The notes: generated from the letters alone by a model not told the origin. A DNA stretch of 64,000 nt from Octopus bimaculoides (GCF_001194135.2 NC_068981.1:84066108-84130107), one strand, 5' to 3'. Shown: positions 1-12,894, counted from the first letter of the stretch. Translations and numbers: made by a program.

Positions 1-25
1 ATATATATATATATATATATATATA

Positions 26-205
26 CTGGTGGTGAACTCTGCTGTACACTTTCACCACAGCTTTCTCTCACTCTTTCTTCCTGTTTCTGTTGTACCAGGG
101 CCAGCTTTGTCACACTCTGTTTCACGCTGAATCTCCCCGAGAACTACGTTAAGGGTACATGTGTCTGTGGAATGCTCAGCTGCTTACACATTAATTAATA
201 TCGAT
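26..205 (+). mobile_element. tRNA-derived SINE family B, internal/3' fragment
   Basis: Matches the body of the full copy at 34970-35356 (ctttctctcactc...cttcctgtttctgttg...cacgctgaatc...gagaactacgttaagggtaca). Confidence 0.8.
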
Positions 206-290
206 TTATTACCAGGAAGCTAGCACATTGAAAGAATCCGAGAGATTCAGAAATATATCTGAGATCTTATGGGATTAAGGTATATTTTAT

Positions 291-501
291 ATATATGAAG
301 TTGACCAGTAAAGTGGACATTTAATATGCTAGAAATATACCACATTTTGTGTCTACTAAGCCATAGTAGTTCTCAAAAGAAATTCAGCGAAATACCAAAC
401 CGTAAGCGAGTAGTTTTGAGAACTACTAGGTCTTAGTAGACACAAAATGTGGTCTATTTCTAGCATATTAAACGTCCACTTTACTGGTCAACTTCATATA
501 T
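291..501. mobile_element. Palindromic MITE-like (foldback) element
   Basis: 88-bp arms at 291-378 and 414-501 are reverse complements with 4 mismatches (by-eye count), 35-nt spacer, TA-rich ends. Confidence 0.7.
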
Positions 502-594
502 ATAGAATATACATATGAATATATGTATGTATGTATGTACGTATATATGCATATGTGTGTGTGTGTGTCTGTCAGCATGTCTGTTTGTTTCTGC

Positions 595-795
595 GTTAAT
601 CCCGTCGCCATCATTTGATAACCGATGCTGCTGTGTTAATGGTCAACGTAACATAGCGGTTCGGCAATAAAAGAGATCGATAGAATAAGAACCAGGGTTA
701 CAAAGAATAAGCCCTGGGGTTGAGTTATTCGACTAAAACCCTTTTAGGCGGTACTCCAATATGGCCGCAGTCAAATGACTGAAACAATTAAAGGT
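595..795 (+). mobile_element. SINE family A, 3' half
   Basis: Shares tail gcggttcggc...gatagaataag...ctggggt...cgactaa...atggccgcagtcaaatgactgaaaca with copies at 17875, 38077 and 52841. Confidence 0.85.
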
Positions 796-2248
796 GTGAA
801 GGAATACATATATGCATACATACATATATATATACATATATATACATATATATACATATATATACATATATATATATATATACAAACATACATACATATA
901 NNNNNNNNNNNNNNNNNNNNNNNNNNNNNNNNNNNNNNNNNNNNNNNNNNNNNNNNNNNNNNNNNNNNNNNNNNNNNNNNNNNNNNNNNNNNNNNNNNNN
1001 NNNNNNNNNNNNNNNNNNNNNNNNNNNNNNNNNNNNNNNNNNNNNNNNNNNNNNNNNNNNNNNNNNNNNNNNNNNNNNNNNNNNNNNNNNNNNNNNNNNN
1101 NNNNNNNNNNNNNNNNNNNNNNNNNNNNNNNNNNNNNNNNNNNNNNNNNNNNNNNNNNNNNNNNNNNNNNNNNNNNNNNNNNNNNNNNNNNNNNNNNNNN
1201 NNNNNNNNNNNNNNNNNNNNNNNNNNNNNNNNNNNNNNNNNNNNNNNNNNNNNNNNNNNNNNNNNNNNNNNNNNNNNNNNNNNNNNNNNNNNNNNNNNNN
1301 NNNNNNNNNNNNNNNNNNNNNNNNNNNNNNNNNNNNNNNNNNNNNNNNNNNNNNNNNNNNNNNNNNNNNNNNNNNNNNNNNNNNNNNNNNNNNNNNNNNN
1401 NNNNNNNNNNNNNNNNNNNNNNNNNNNNNNNNNNNNNNNNNNNNNNNNNNNNNNNNNNNNNNNNNNNNNNNNNNNNNNNNNNNNNNNNNNNNNNNNNNNN
1501 NNNNNNNNNNNNNNNNNNNNNNNNNNNNNNNNNNNNNNNNNNNNNNNNNNNNNNNNNNNNNNNNNNNNNNNNNNNNNNNNNNNNNNNNNNNNNNNNNNNN
1601 NNNNNNNNNNNNNNNNNNNNNNNNNNNNNNNNNNNNNNNNNNNNNNNNNNNNNNNNNNNNNNNNNNNNNNNNNNNNNNNNNNNNNNNNNNNNNNNNNNNN
1701 NNNNNNNNNNNNNNNNNNNNNNNNNNNNNNNNNNNNNNNNNNNNNNNNNNNNNNNNNNNNNNNNNNNNNNNNNNNNNNNNNNNNNNNNNNNNNNNNNNNN
1801 NNNNNNNNNNNNNNNNNNNNNNNNTATATATATGTACACACATACATACATAAACACTCATACATATAAATACATATATATGTATATAATGTATATATTG
1901 AACAGTGGATGTTAGTACGCATAAGAATCGAACCCACATCTACTATGTGAGAGACGGAGACAGAGGAGGAAACACAAAGAGAAAGCGAGAGAGATAAAGA
2001 CAGGGGCAGACGATCATATTTATAACATATTTTACGTACACGTATGTACCTGTCATCCTCTTCCGCTCTCTCTTCCAACCCTCTTTTCCCTTATACACAC
2101 ACACAGATATCTGTATGTGTGTGTGCGCGTGCGTGTGCTTGTGTGTGTTTATGTGTGTGTGAATAAATATCCTTATTTATGCTTCAAAATAAGTACTTAT
2201 GTGCAAGTATATTCGTGTGTGCATATATATACATAAAAGTATACACAC

Positions 2249-2287
<39 letters not shown>

Positions 2288-2621
2288 CATACATACATAC
2301 ATACATGAACAATATATATACATATATATATAATCCTATACACACATATAGCCGCTCCACTATATGATGTGTAGGGTTTAGGGCATAATAACTGTATCCA
2401 TTTCTTTGTAAACTACGCGGATATTTCACCAATAAAGCGGTTTCGTCTCTGAAATGTTATTAAAGTGACAAACGAAATTCTTTATTTCACAGCAAGTCAG
2501 AAAAGATCCCAGAAGTGCCATGAAGTCACATATATCTTCGTCACATCGGTATTATTTGAGTTACCCTGTCTCTGGCCCTCACTCACTCATTCTCTCTCTC
2601 TTTCTTTCTCTCTTTCCTCCT

Positions 2622-2657
<36 letters not shown>

Positions 2658-2814
2658 ACCCTTTCTCTCTCTCTCTCTCTCTGTACGCTCTCTCCCTGTC
2701 TCTCTCTTTCTTCCCCCGGCTTCATTTTTCTATCAAATTCTTCGATTATGTACACGTTATTGTGTTTTTTGTCTTACTTTTGTGTACGCGTTTATGTGTG
2801 TGTATGTGTGTGTG

Positions 2815-2845
<31 letters not shown>

Positions 2846-2894
2846 ACGTTTGTATGTATGTATCTATATATATATATGAATATATGTGATATAT

Positions 2895-2938
<44 letters not shown>

Positions 2939-3827
2939 NNNNNNNNNNNNNNNNNNNNNNNNNNNNNNNNNNNNNNNNNNNNNNNNNNNNNNNNNNNNNN
3001 NNNNNNNNNNNNNNNNNNNNNNNNNNNNNNNNNNNNNNNNNNNNNNNNNNNNNNNNNNNNNNNNNNNNNNNNNNNNNNNNNNNNNNNNNNNNNNNNNNNN
3101 NNNNNNNNNNNNNNNNNNNNNNNNNNNNNNNNNNNNNNNNNNNNNNNNNNNNNNNNNNNNNNNNNNNNNNNNNNNNNNNNNNNNNNNNNNNNNNNNNNNN
3201 NNNNNNNNNNNNNNNNNNNNNNNNNNNNNNNNNNNNNNNNNNNNNNNNNNNNNNNNNNNNNNNNNNNNNNNNNNNNNNNNNNNNNNNNNNNNNNNNNNNN
3301 NNNNNNNNNNNNNNNNNNNNNNNNNNNNNNNNNNNNNNNNNNNNNNNNNNNNNNNNNNNNNNNNNNNNNNNNNNNNNNNNNNNNNNNNNNNNNNNNNNNN
3401 NNNNNNNNNNNNNNNNNNNNNNNNNNNNNNNNNNNNNNNNNNNNNNNNNNNNNNNNNNNNNNNNNNNNNNNNNNNNNNNNNNNNNNNNNNNNNNNNNNNN
3501 NNNNNNNNNNNNNNNNNNNNNNNNNNNNNNNNNNNNNNNNNNNNNNNNNNNNNNNNNNNNNNNNNNNNNNNNNNNNNNNNNNNNNNNNNNNNNNNNNNNN
3601 NNNNNNNNNNNNNNNNNNNNNNNNNNNNNNNNNNNNNNNNNNNNNNNNNNNNNNNNNNNNNNNNNNNNNNNNNNNNNNNNNNNNNNNNNNNNNNNNNNNN
3701 NNNNNNNNNNNNNNNNNNNNNNNNNNNNNNNNNNNNNNNNNNNNNNNNNNNNNNNNNNNNNNNNNNNNNNNNNNNNNNNNNNNNNNNNNNNNNNNNNNNN
3801 NNNNNNNNNNNNNNNNNNNNNNNNNNN

Positions 3828-3859
<32 letters not shown>

Positions 3860-3988
3860 CATATATAGATATATATATATACGTACATAACACAGCAATC
3901 AGATATGTATGTATATGTGTATATATTTAATGTATGCAAACATAGACACGTCTCTCTCTCTCTATATATATATGTGTGCGTAAATTTT

Positions 3989-4020
<32 letters not shown>

Positions 4021-4188
4021 TGTATGTATGTATATGAAAACGTTTAGTTGCATACACGTACACATTACCACTACAAACTTTATGGCTATTAGGATCATTC
4101 TTGTGGTAAATGCTAATGTTGCCGCTGCTGCTGCCGATTCCACTACTGCTGGCGGTAATGACGACGATGATGGTGATGATCTTGTTGG

Positions 4189-4279
<91 letters not shown>

Positions 4280-4686
4280 GGTGGTGCTGGTGGTGCTGGT
4301 GATGATGACGACGATGATGATGATGATTTTGATGACTAAGACGAAGCGGAGGCGGCGGTGTGGGAGGAGACGGACCAGGTTTGCGGGGATGAGACGGTCG
4401 GGTGGGGAAGCTGGTTGATGGTGGAAAGCCTTTTTTACATCACGTTTGTTATTTTCAGTCTTTTCATTACACTCTTTTTTTTTTTTTTTACTTCAGCTAT
4501 TATTTTTATTCTTCAATTTTTGTTTTAGGCTCCTTATTATCGCCCTTTATTTATTCGCTTAACTCCTCTTATCAACCAGTATTATACCATTTAACTACCT
4601 CACAAAAGATACTTGATCCTGTCACTTCTATTTTCAATTTCTTCCATTCTTTATCACTTTTTATTATTATCATTATTACTATTATT

Positions 4687-4739
<53 letters not shown>

Positions 4740-6189
4740 CATTATCATTATTATCATCATCATCATCCGCATCATTATTATTATCATTATTGTTATTTAT
4801 TATTATTATTATTGTATTTGTTGTTGGTGGTGTTTTGATTTTGGTAGTGNNNNNNNNNNNNNNNNNNNNNNNNNNNNNNNNNNNNNNNNNNNNNNNNNNN
4901 NNNNNNNNNNNNNNNNNNNNNNNNGGTGGTGGTGGTGGTGGTGGTGGTATTTGTGGCGGCGGTGGCGATGGCGTTGGTGGTATTTTTGTGCCAAAGGTCA
5001 CGTTTCTGAGAGATCTACATGGAAAATATTTTCTTTCCGGATATTCTAAAGAAAAGAATAAATTAGAAGGTGGAATCTTTTTAATGGTGAAACAGCTTCT
5101 GTTTAATTCATTGCCTAGCATTGACGAAATGTTTATCCGTAGGCATTTAAAACTTTTTACACATATTTCACATGTAGCCGTTGCAATAATTACATGCGTT
5201 ACAAGGCAAGATTTTTTTTCCTTAGAACTAACATTACTCTTAGCAGTAACGTAAATATACACGCCTGCAAATAATTCTCAAATGAGAAATCATTTGGAAA
5301 CAAGCATACAGAGAGAGAGGGGGGAGGAAAAGGGAGGAGAAAGAGAGGGGGGAAAGGGAGAGCGAGAGCGACACAAGCTGCTTGTATGATGGATAACATC
5401 CAAAGAAAGAACACCAATGGAAACAATTTCAGTGGTAATAAAATCTACTATCGGCATAAAACGGCAGCACCATTAACACTGAGAACACAGCACCATTTGC
5501 AAACGTTGTGGATCAAAGGGTGGGGAGCAATGGATATAAGCCACCTCAAGAATAAGAGGTGCAAGCTTGAGAGCAATTGGAGAAATTGTAAGGTAACACT
5601 GTTTTACAAAAGACAGTGTGTCGTTGCCCCGTTAATTTACCACAGAAAGATATACAGAAAGCAGACATAATGTGTTTCCTTGTTTTGTTTTTTTTTTTAA
5701 TGGGAAGAAAATCCCTGAATTTGAATTTGAAAATCTTTGGCCGTATGCAGCAGGATATTTGTTTCATAGGCCGGAACAAGTCATATAGAAGCCTGTACTT
5801 GGTTTTTGAGACCTAGCGTTAGACATCCTATAAGACGTACAAAATGGTACTCAGAAATACAAGGAGTACTGTTGTTATGGAATCAGTGATAAAATTGAGG
5901 AATAATCAAGGGTTTCTCCTTACTTTTGTGGCAATTATACGAACATACTGTGAGCACAGCTGTTAACAGCAAAAACATGTAGTCAGATGAAGTCTGTCTG
6001 AATATTCACACCGCTTTCTAACGTGAAGGAATTGAGAAAATATCACTAAGACTAATAGCAAATGGGAGAAGGTCTGATTCTCAAACACTTGGTAGACAGG
6101 CCACTTCAGAGCTTTCTGCTTGGAAAAGGGAAAGGAAGATAGTAGTAAAAGACCCATGAGGTGCAATAGTAACTAGTGATGTCAATATC

Positions 6190-6929
6190 TCTTTAATCTT
6201 TTACTCTTTTACTTGTTTCAGTCATTTGACTGCGGCCATGCTGGAGCACCGCCTTTAGTCGAGCAAATCGACCCCAGGACTTATTCTTTAGAAGCCTATC
6301 GGTCTCTTTTTGCCGAACCGCTAAGTAACGGGGACGTAAACACACCAGCATCGGTTGTCAAGCGATGATGGGGACAAACACAGACACACACACACACACA
6401 CANNNNNNNNNNNNNNNNNNNNNNNNNNNNNNNNNNNNNNNNNNNNNNNNNNNNNNNNNNNNNNNNNNNNNNNNNNNNNNNNNNNNNNNNNNNNNNNNNN
6501 NNNNNNNNNNNNNNNNNNNNNNNNNNNNNNNNNNNNNNNNNNNNNNNNNNNNNNNNNNNNNNNNNNNNNNNNNNNNNNNNNNNNNNNNNNNNNNNNNNNN
6601 NNNNNNNNNNNNNNNNNNNNNNNNNNNNNNNNNNNNNNNNNNNNNNNNNNNNNNNNNNNNNNNNNNNNNNNNNNNNNNNNNNNNNNNNNNNNNNNNNNNN
6701 NNNNNNNNNNNNNNNNNNNNNNNNNNNNNNNNNTATATATATATATATATATATTTACATATATACGACGGGCTTCTTTCAGTTTCCGTCTACAAAATCC
6801 ACTCACAAGGCTTTGGTTGGCCCGAGGCTATAGTAGAATACACTTGCCCAAGGTGCCACGCAGTGGAACTGAACCCGGAACCATGTGGTTGGGAAGCAAG
6901 CTACTTACCACACAGCCACTCCTGAGCCT
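6190..6929 (-). mobile_element. SINE family A, full length (tRNA head, CORE-like ttgggcaagtg segment, internal microsatellite)
   Basis: Reverse complement of the 38077-38469 copy; head aggctcaggagtggctgtgtggtaag...ggttcagttcc; internal (CA)/(TA) tract contains an N gap. Confidence 0.9.
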
Positions 6930-7922
6930 CTTCAAAAATCATTGAGAAAGAGGATAATTGCGGGCAACTGCTTCGAAAACTCCAGCTGCTATATCCAGAT
7001 TATAAATTCACATTTACGCAGTAATGATTAGTGTACAGAATTTAAAAATAATAATATGAAGTTAGAAAGACCAAAGTAAATGTACGTTTACTTTAGTCTT
7101 TCTAGCTACTTTAATTGTAATATTAATAATTGTTTCTCTGTTTTAACTTATTTTTTCCTTTATTGCGTGTTATATACGTGTTACCTAATATGATATTTTA
7201 TGTGAACATGAGTCCTTTATATACATCATCTTCCCACATTAACTCATTCTCATTCCTTTATTTTTTCCCATTTGTCTAGGTTCACTAAGTATTAGCTTGT
7301 CATCACTTCTTCAAACTAAACTTCATTCTTCTGTATAGATTTTTTTTAAATAATATATTATACTACGTACTGATTTCAACCGTTATTTTTAATTTTTAAT
7401 TTTAATTTAAATATGGTATTGTCTTCCCATTGGACATTTCTACTACTTACTTGCCCTGTGCTACTGATATGGAGCTATAATTCTAATTTCCATACTCTTC
7501 GATAGAGTGAACGTCTCCGATACCTCTTTACTTATATCTTCAAATAACCGTTGAAGCTGTTATTTATGGTTCAATATCTGACAAGACTCTCATCTCTTTC
7601 TCACAGGGATGCAAATGTGACTTTCTTCGATCCAATTTTTTCTGGTCTATTCCTTTTGAAGTTTCTTATATTATGGCTTCTTCCCTTACTGTACTGAAGA
7701 GTACGTTGATATTTATTTAATTTAATTCAATCATGAATATATATTATTATATCTCTGTACGAAACGATCGTCTGCAAGAACTAAACTTCTTATAAATTTT
7801 AACAACTTGTTTCCTCAATTATTAACAAAGTTGTTGGGATTTATGAAACTTCATTGCATAAATTCATCATACATTATATATATATATATATATATATTTA
7901 TATAAATAAGGATAAGATCGGT

Positions 7923-8194
7923 ATTTAAAATATTGATCTTATCAAGTGGTCAGCATGGGAATAAAAACCATCAAAGGTAATAATTATTTAAAATTATAAT
8001 ACCACCACTGTTTTCATTTTGTGTCCTCTTTTTTTCTTTTTTCCTTTCAGTTTGTTTCACTTTGCTCTTTTTATTTCATTCATAATAAATACCCTGTATT
8101 ATAATTGATACCCTGTATTATAATTTTAAATAATTATTACCTTTGATGGTTTTTATTCCCATGCTGACCACTTGATAAGATCAATATTTTAAAT
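7923..8194. repeat. Perfect 78-bp inverted repeat with 116-bp spacer
   Basis: 7923-8000 is the exact reverse complement of 8117-8194; the right arm ends at an N gap. Confidence 0.85.
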
Positions 8195-9559
8195 NNNNNN
8201 NNNNNNNNNNNNNNNNNNNNNNNNNNNNNNNNNNNNNNNNNNNNNNNNNNNNNNNNNNNNNNNNNNNNNNNNNNNNNNNNNNNNNNNNNNNNNNNNNNNN
8301 NNNNNNNNNNNNNNNNNNNNNNNNNNNNNNNNNNNNNNNNNNNNNNNNNNNNNNNNNNNNNNNNNNNNNNNNNNNNNNNNNNNNNNNNNNNNNNNNNNNN
8401 NNNNNNNNNNNNNNNNNNNNNNNNNNNNNNNNNNNNNNNNNNNNNNNNNNNNNNNNNNNNNNNNNNNNNNNNNNNNNNNNNNNNNNNNNNNNNNNNNNNN
8501 NNNNNNNNNNNNNNNNNNNNNNNNNNNNNNNNNNNNNNNNNNNNNNNNNNNNNNNNNNNNNNNNNNNNNNNNNNNNNNNNNNNNNNNNNNNNNNNNNNNN
8601 NNNNNNNNNNNNNNNNNNNNNNNNNNNNNNNNNNNNNNNNNNNNNNNNNNNNNNNNNNNNNNNNNNNNNNNNNNNNNNNNNNNNNNNNNNNNNNNNNNNN
8701 NNNNNNNNNNNNNNNNNNNNNNNNNNNNNNNNNTACATATATATACATATATATGTATATATGTATATATATACATATATATATATAACACATACTTTTA
8801 TACACACACATATAGATAGGTAGGTAGGTAGGTACATACATTAATACATTCACATACACACACGCACACGCACTGTACGTACGTATGTTTATAACGATAC
8901 AAATCTCTGTACTTGAGTGTTATTTGACCCGATGTTAAGGTATTAATACATCGAACTGAATCGAATGTTCCTGAACAACTGTTTACGCCTCTATTGTATC
9001 TCGTTTGTTTACTTTATTTCTTTATTATATCATTTTCGCACATCGTAATACAATGTGATAAAGGGTGACACGGGTTAGCTATGTCTCACTCTGCTCTCAA
9101 CGCAGAATGTCAGTTCTGTCTAGGATACTTATTTCTCATATTATCGCCGATATAAATTTCCACAAATTTAAGGCTTCCATATTATTTTCATCGTCTATTT
9201 TTTTTTTGCGTTTGTTTTTCCTTCTGTTTTTTTTCTTTGCTTTTGCTTTTGTAGTATTTATTATCGTTATTTGTTGTCCCTTCTGATGTTGTTGCCAATA
9301 AGGGACTGTTCTATAGTTTCAGATGGTTTGGCAAAATTTTATTCTATGTCTGTTACGTTCCTTCTCATCCCATTTACATTTATCATTCATAATATTTGTT
9401 AAATCTGATTAACGTGTGGCGTTTAACACACACACACAAACATGCACACACACAAGCACACACATACAGAAAAGCACACACATGCATGTATGTATGTATG
9501 TATGTATGTATGTATGTACATACGTATGTATGTGTGAGGGTATGTACGTATATATGTGC

Positions 9560-9607
<48 letters not shown>

Positions 9608-10574
9608 NNNNNNNNNNNNNNNNNNNNNNNNNNNNNNNNNNNNNNNNNNNNNNNNNNNNNNNNNNNNNNNNNNNNNNNNNNNNNNNNNNNNNNNNNNNNN
9701 NNNNNNNNNNNNNNNNNNNNNNNNNNNNNNNNNNNNNNNNNNNNNNNNNNNNNNNNNNNNNNNNNNNNNNNNNNNNNNNNNNNNNNNNNNNNNNNNNNNN
9801 NNNNNNNNNNNNNNNNNNNNNNNNNNNNNNNNNNNNNNNNNNNNNNNNNNNNNNNNNNNNNNNNNNNNNNNNNNNNNNNNNNNNNNNNNNNNNNNNNNNN
9901 NNNNNNNNNNNNNNNNNNNNNNNNNNNNNNNNNAAAAGGGGGTAGATATTACTTTGGAAGCGTAATACTTGAGCGAGTGTTTGAAATTTACGAGCCATCT
10001 TTTAATAGTGAATATTTCCTCGTATCTTCTTCAACGTTCCACAAAGCAATAAGATTGAAGGAAAATGTGTTTCTGTATTCTTTTGTCTGTTCTTCCGCTC
10101 AACTTTAACACAGTCAGCCTATATTTTCACTTCAAAATGACATCTTTCAGTGTGTGTTCTTTTAATTCAATTGCTCGCCTGCAATGTCATCTAAATCATG
10201 CTTAATAAGCGCATGCGCCTACCATCTTGAGTTGACTTCTACCATCTGTGTTATCTCTTCTCCCTTATTTTACTTCTTCCTTTTTTCTATTTTTCGGTTT
10301 GTTTTCCTGTTGTTGTTTTTTTTGTCTTTGTTTATTTGTTTCTTTTTTTATTTTTGTTTTTCTATTTTGTGGTTTGCATTTATTTCCTTTTTAACCAATT
10401 CTTTTCGTTGGTCTTGACTTTGGTTTTATGGGGCAGCTACTTTTATGGGGTTGCAGAGAGAATCAAGCAAAAATAATCGTAAATGAATGAAATAAAAAAA
10501 GCAAAGTAAAACAAACTGAAAGGAAAAAAGAAAAAAAGAGGACACAAAATGAAAACAGTTTGAGACCATATATA

Positions 10575-10860
10575 TCAGGTTGAGTAAAAAGTAAGCAACG
10601 TTTTGAACGATGAAGAATTTGTATAGGATTTTTGCAGAGTTTTGAATTTTTTAAAACATTTTTTGGCAATTGTCTGATAATACAGACATAGACTTGCCCA
10701 AATGCATCAATTAATTAACACTGATATTTTTTTTTTTTACCGTTGTTACAATCATTTGAAATGGAACTGTCAAAGCGTGATATTCGAGCAATTTCGCTAT
10801 TCAGCTTCAAAAAAGGACGTAAAGTAACTGAAACTGCACTCGATATCAACGAAATGTTTT
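10575..10860 (+). mobile_element. Mariner left end with transposase N-terminus (truncated)
   Basis: TA followed by TCAGGTTGAGTAAAAAGTAAGCAACGTTTTG resembles the Hsmar1-type TIR; ATG at 10761 gives MELSKRDIRAISLFSFKKGRKVTETALDINEMF, similar to Hsmar1 KKQIRAIFLFEFKMGRKAAETTRNINNAF. Confidence 0.8.
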
Positions 10861-11039
10861 CTTCGGATTTTGTGAGTTGGAGTTATTAATTTTTTGGTAC
10901 TTGTTGGATTGTGTTATTGTTTATGAAGAGGTGGGTTGTTAAAAAGTTATATTTGTTATTGTTGAACATTTATTGAACGTTGTTGCTGTTAAGTCGTTAA
11001 AACAATTGTTGTTTTTCCCCGTGCGGGGGAGCCAGCATT

Positions 11040-11977
11040 ATGGCTAGTCCAAAGAAGCAAGAACTCATGGTGGAAGAACTCATGGAGAAGATTGTAGAAT
11101 CACGTCTTCACGAAGATTCTGACGAAGAGAGTCCGTGAATGAGGAGGAATAGCTCACATGAACAAAAAATAATAAAGCCGTCACCTTCGAGAAAGAATGT
11201 CGATGTACCAAGTCTACTAACGAAAGAAAAAGTAGACGAGTGAAAGGAAAAAACAAAGAAACAGCTTCACTTCGCCGCTGCGGCGGGAGCAAAAGTAAAA
11301 AGAATTAACCTTAGCAATATGGAAGAACATAAAAAATTGTTAACAAGGGAGGGGCATGAAATCAAATTGGCCCCTCCAAAGTGCATTCAACAAAATTTAG
11401 AAAATAAAACATTGATTTTTAAGACATACAAAATCAAGGAAAGAAAAATTGACTACGTTGTGGAGGCTGAAATAGAAAAATGCCTCAAACTGATATGGAA
11501 TATCATAAAATATGTAACAAGCGGAAGACATTTTACAACTGTCGAGGTTAGGATGGAGTCGGAAGAAGATGCCCGGCTCCATTCGGTAGATCTTTTGCAA
11601 ACAGAGGAAGTGGTGCTTCTGCCCATATACATGGGTAGAAGGATCACCATCAATAATTTGCCCCTGAGGTGGACCCAGAGTGGCTCGTCGCAGCATTGAC
11701 GATGGGCCTGGAGGGAAAAATTACAGTTCTAGACGCTGCCGTGATGGAGCCACGCAACTGGCATGGACAAAGCGTCCGAATAATTATACAAGCCGAACAA
11801 ACCACGCTGGAAGAGATTACCGAAATTATCGAGGTTGGTGAGACCCGTCTGGTAGTGATGGTGAAGGGTCGCCAGCCTCGATGCTTCCAGTGTGGCAAGA
11901 AGGATCACCTCAGGGTAGATTGCAAGCCTAAACAAGCTGGAAAAAAAGAAGGAAAAATATATGGTTGCTATTTCTAA
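11040..11977 (+). pseudogene. Gag-like ORF1 of an L1/Tx1-type non-LTR retrotransposon, disrupted
   Basis: ATG at 11040 is in frame with ORF 11319-11699 but has two internal TGA stops; frameshift near 11655 into ORF 11669-11977, ending in zinc knuckle CFQCGKKDHLRVDC (CX2CX4HX4C) preceded by the GRQPRC context typical of L1/Tx1 ORF1. Confidence 0.75.
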
Positions 11978-12076
11978 CAGGTTAAATAACAACCCAGAAT
12001 CACCTTTCTGCGCAAATATTTATATCAATGCTTGCATGTTTCCATACGTTGTTATCGACCTCTGTGTATAACTTTT

Positions 12077-12175
12077 CAGCCGAAACGTTGTGTTAACAAG
12101 ATGAGGACAAGTATACGTCAAATTTAAATAATGTAAATAATGTACATAATTCCTCATCTCTCAAATATAAAACAG
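12077..12175 (+). mobile_element. 5'-truncated copy of the hammerhead-bearing tail also at 52093-52232
   Basis: cagccgaaacgttgtgttaacaagatgaggaca...gtcaaat...aatgtaaataatgta aligns with 52167-52232. Confidence 0.8.
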
Positions 12176-12409
12176 GTTTAGGTTAGTTAAAATATGTTTG
12201 TGACATATTTCAACTGCTAAAAATCAAATTCACGGCAGTTACCATAGAGAAAATGTTCTCTTATAGTAAAAAGGTGTAAAAACACCTTATCTGTTCAGCG
12301 TTGCCATCTATCAGGATTCCTCGACAACGATGTTTCTAGCTCCTGAGAAATACCAAAGAAAGATAGCTCTGAGCAGATCTTATAAAACTATAGCTTTATC
12401 TAAAATACA

Positions 12410-12554
12410 GTCAACAACATTGACTGATTTGCGTCAGTAGACCGCCAGGTCATTGAAATTCCTCGGCGGAATTTGAACTCAGAACGTAAAAACAGCCTAA
12501 ATACCACTTAACATTTCGCCCAGTATGCTAAGGTTTTTGCCAGTTCGCCGCCTT
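12410..12554 (-). mobile_element. SINE family C (aaggcggcgagctggcagaa type), 5' part
   Basis: Reverse complement begins aaggcggcgaactggcaaaaacc...ttctgagttcaaattccgccgagg, as at 61777. Confidence 0.85.
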
Positions 12555-12894
12555 AAAATTACCGAAATATTAGCGCCAAACTGTTTTTAAGAATAAGAAA
12601 GATTAGATTGTGCTAACTCACACATACACACATACACTCACATATTTTAATAGAATAAACTTTGTTGCAAGTAATCGGGAAAGCCCTCCATGCTGAGGAT
12701 AGCTTTCTCCTTCCTTGTAAAGAGGCCCTGTAAAGAGTCATGGGTAATGCGGTCACTGTTGATGAAAATATAACAAAAATGGGATGCAAATACACTCACA
12801 CACAATACATTAGATAGCGAATTATAGAGAGTGGGCATAAGGAAATTAGAGGGGATAGATAAGAAGAGAGAAAAGAGTAGCTTACACGTTAAGT

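Noticed and set aside
733-3939. Long ORFs in the supplied track (and similar ones at 6.3, 8.1, 9.4, 24.7, 42.1, 52.9, 60.8 and 62.9 kb)
   Set aside because: They are translations of N gaps and (AT)/(GT)/(ATGT) microsatellites.
3905-5262. Poly-D/G/I/N/Y ORFs
   Set aside because: Trinucleotide microsatellites open in several frames and on both strands; no splice or domain support.
7063-7104. 18-bp hairpin (tagaaagaccaaagtaaa / tttactttagtctttcta) as a miRNA precursor
   Set aside because: Short AT-rich stem with no recognisable mature miRNA; cannot be supported without small-RNA data.
10209-10218. GCGCATGCGC (NRF1-type palindrome) as a promoter
   Set aside because: Single motif with no associated exon or CpG-rich region.
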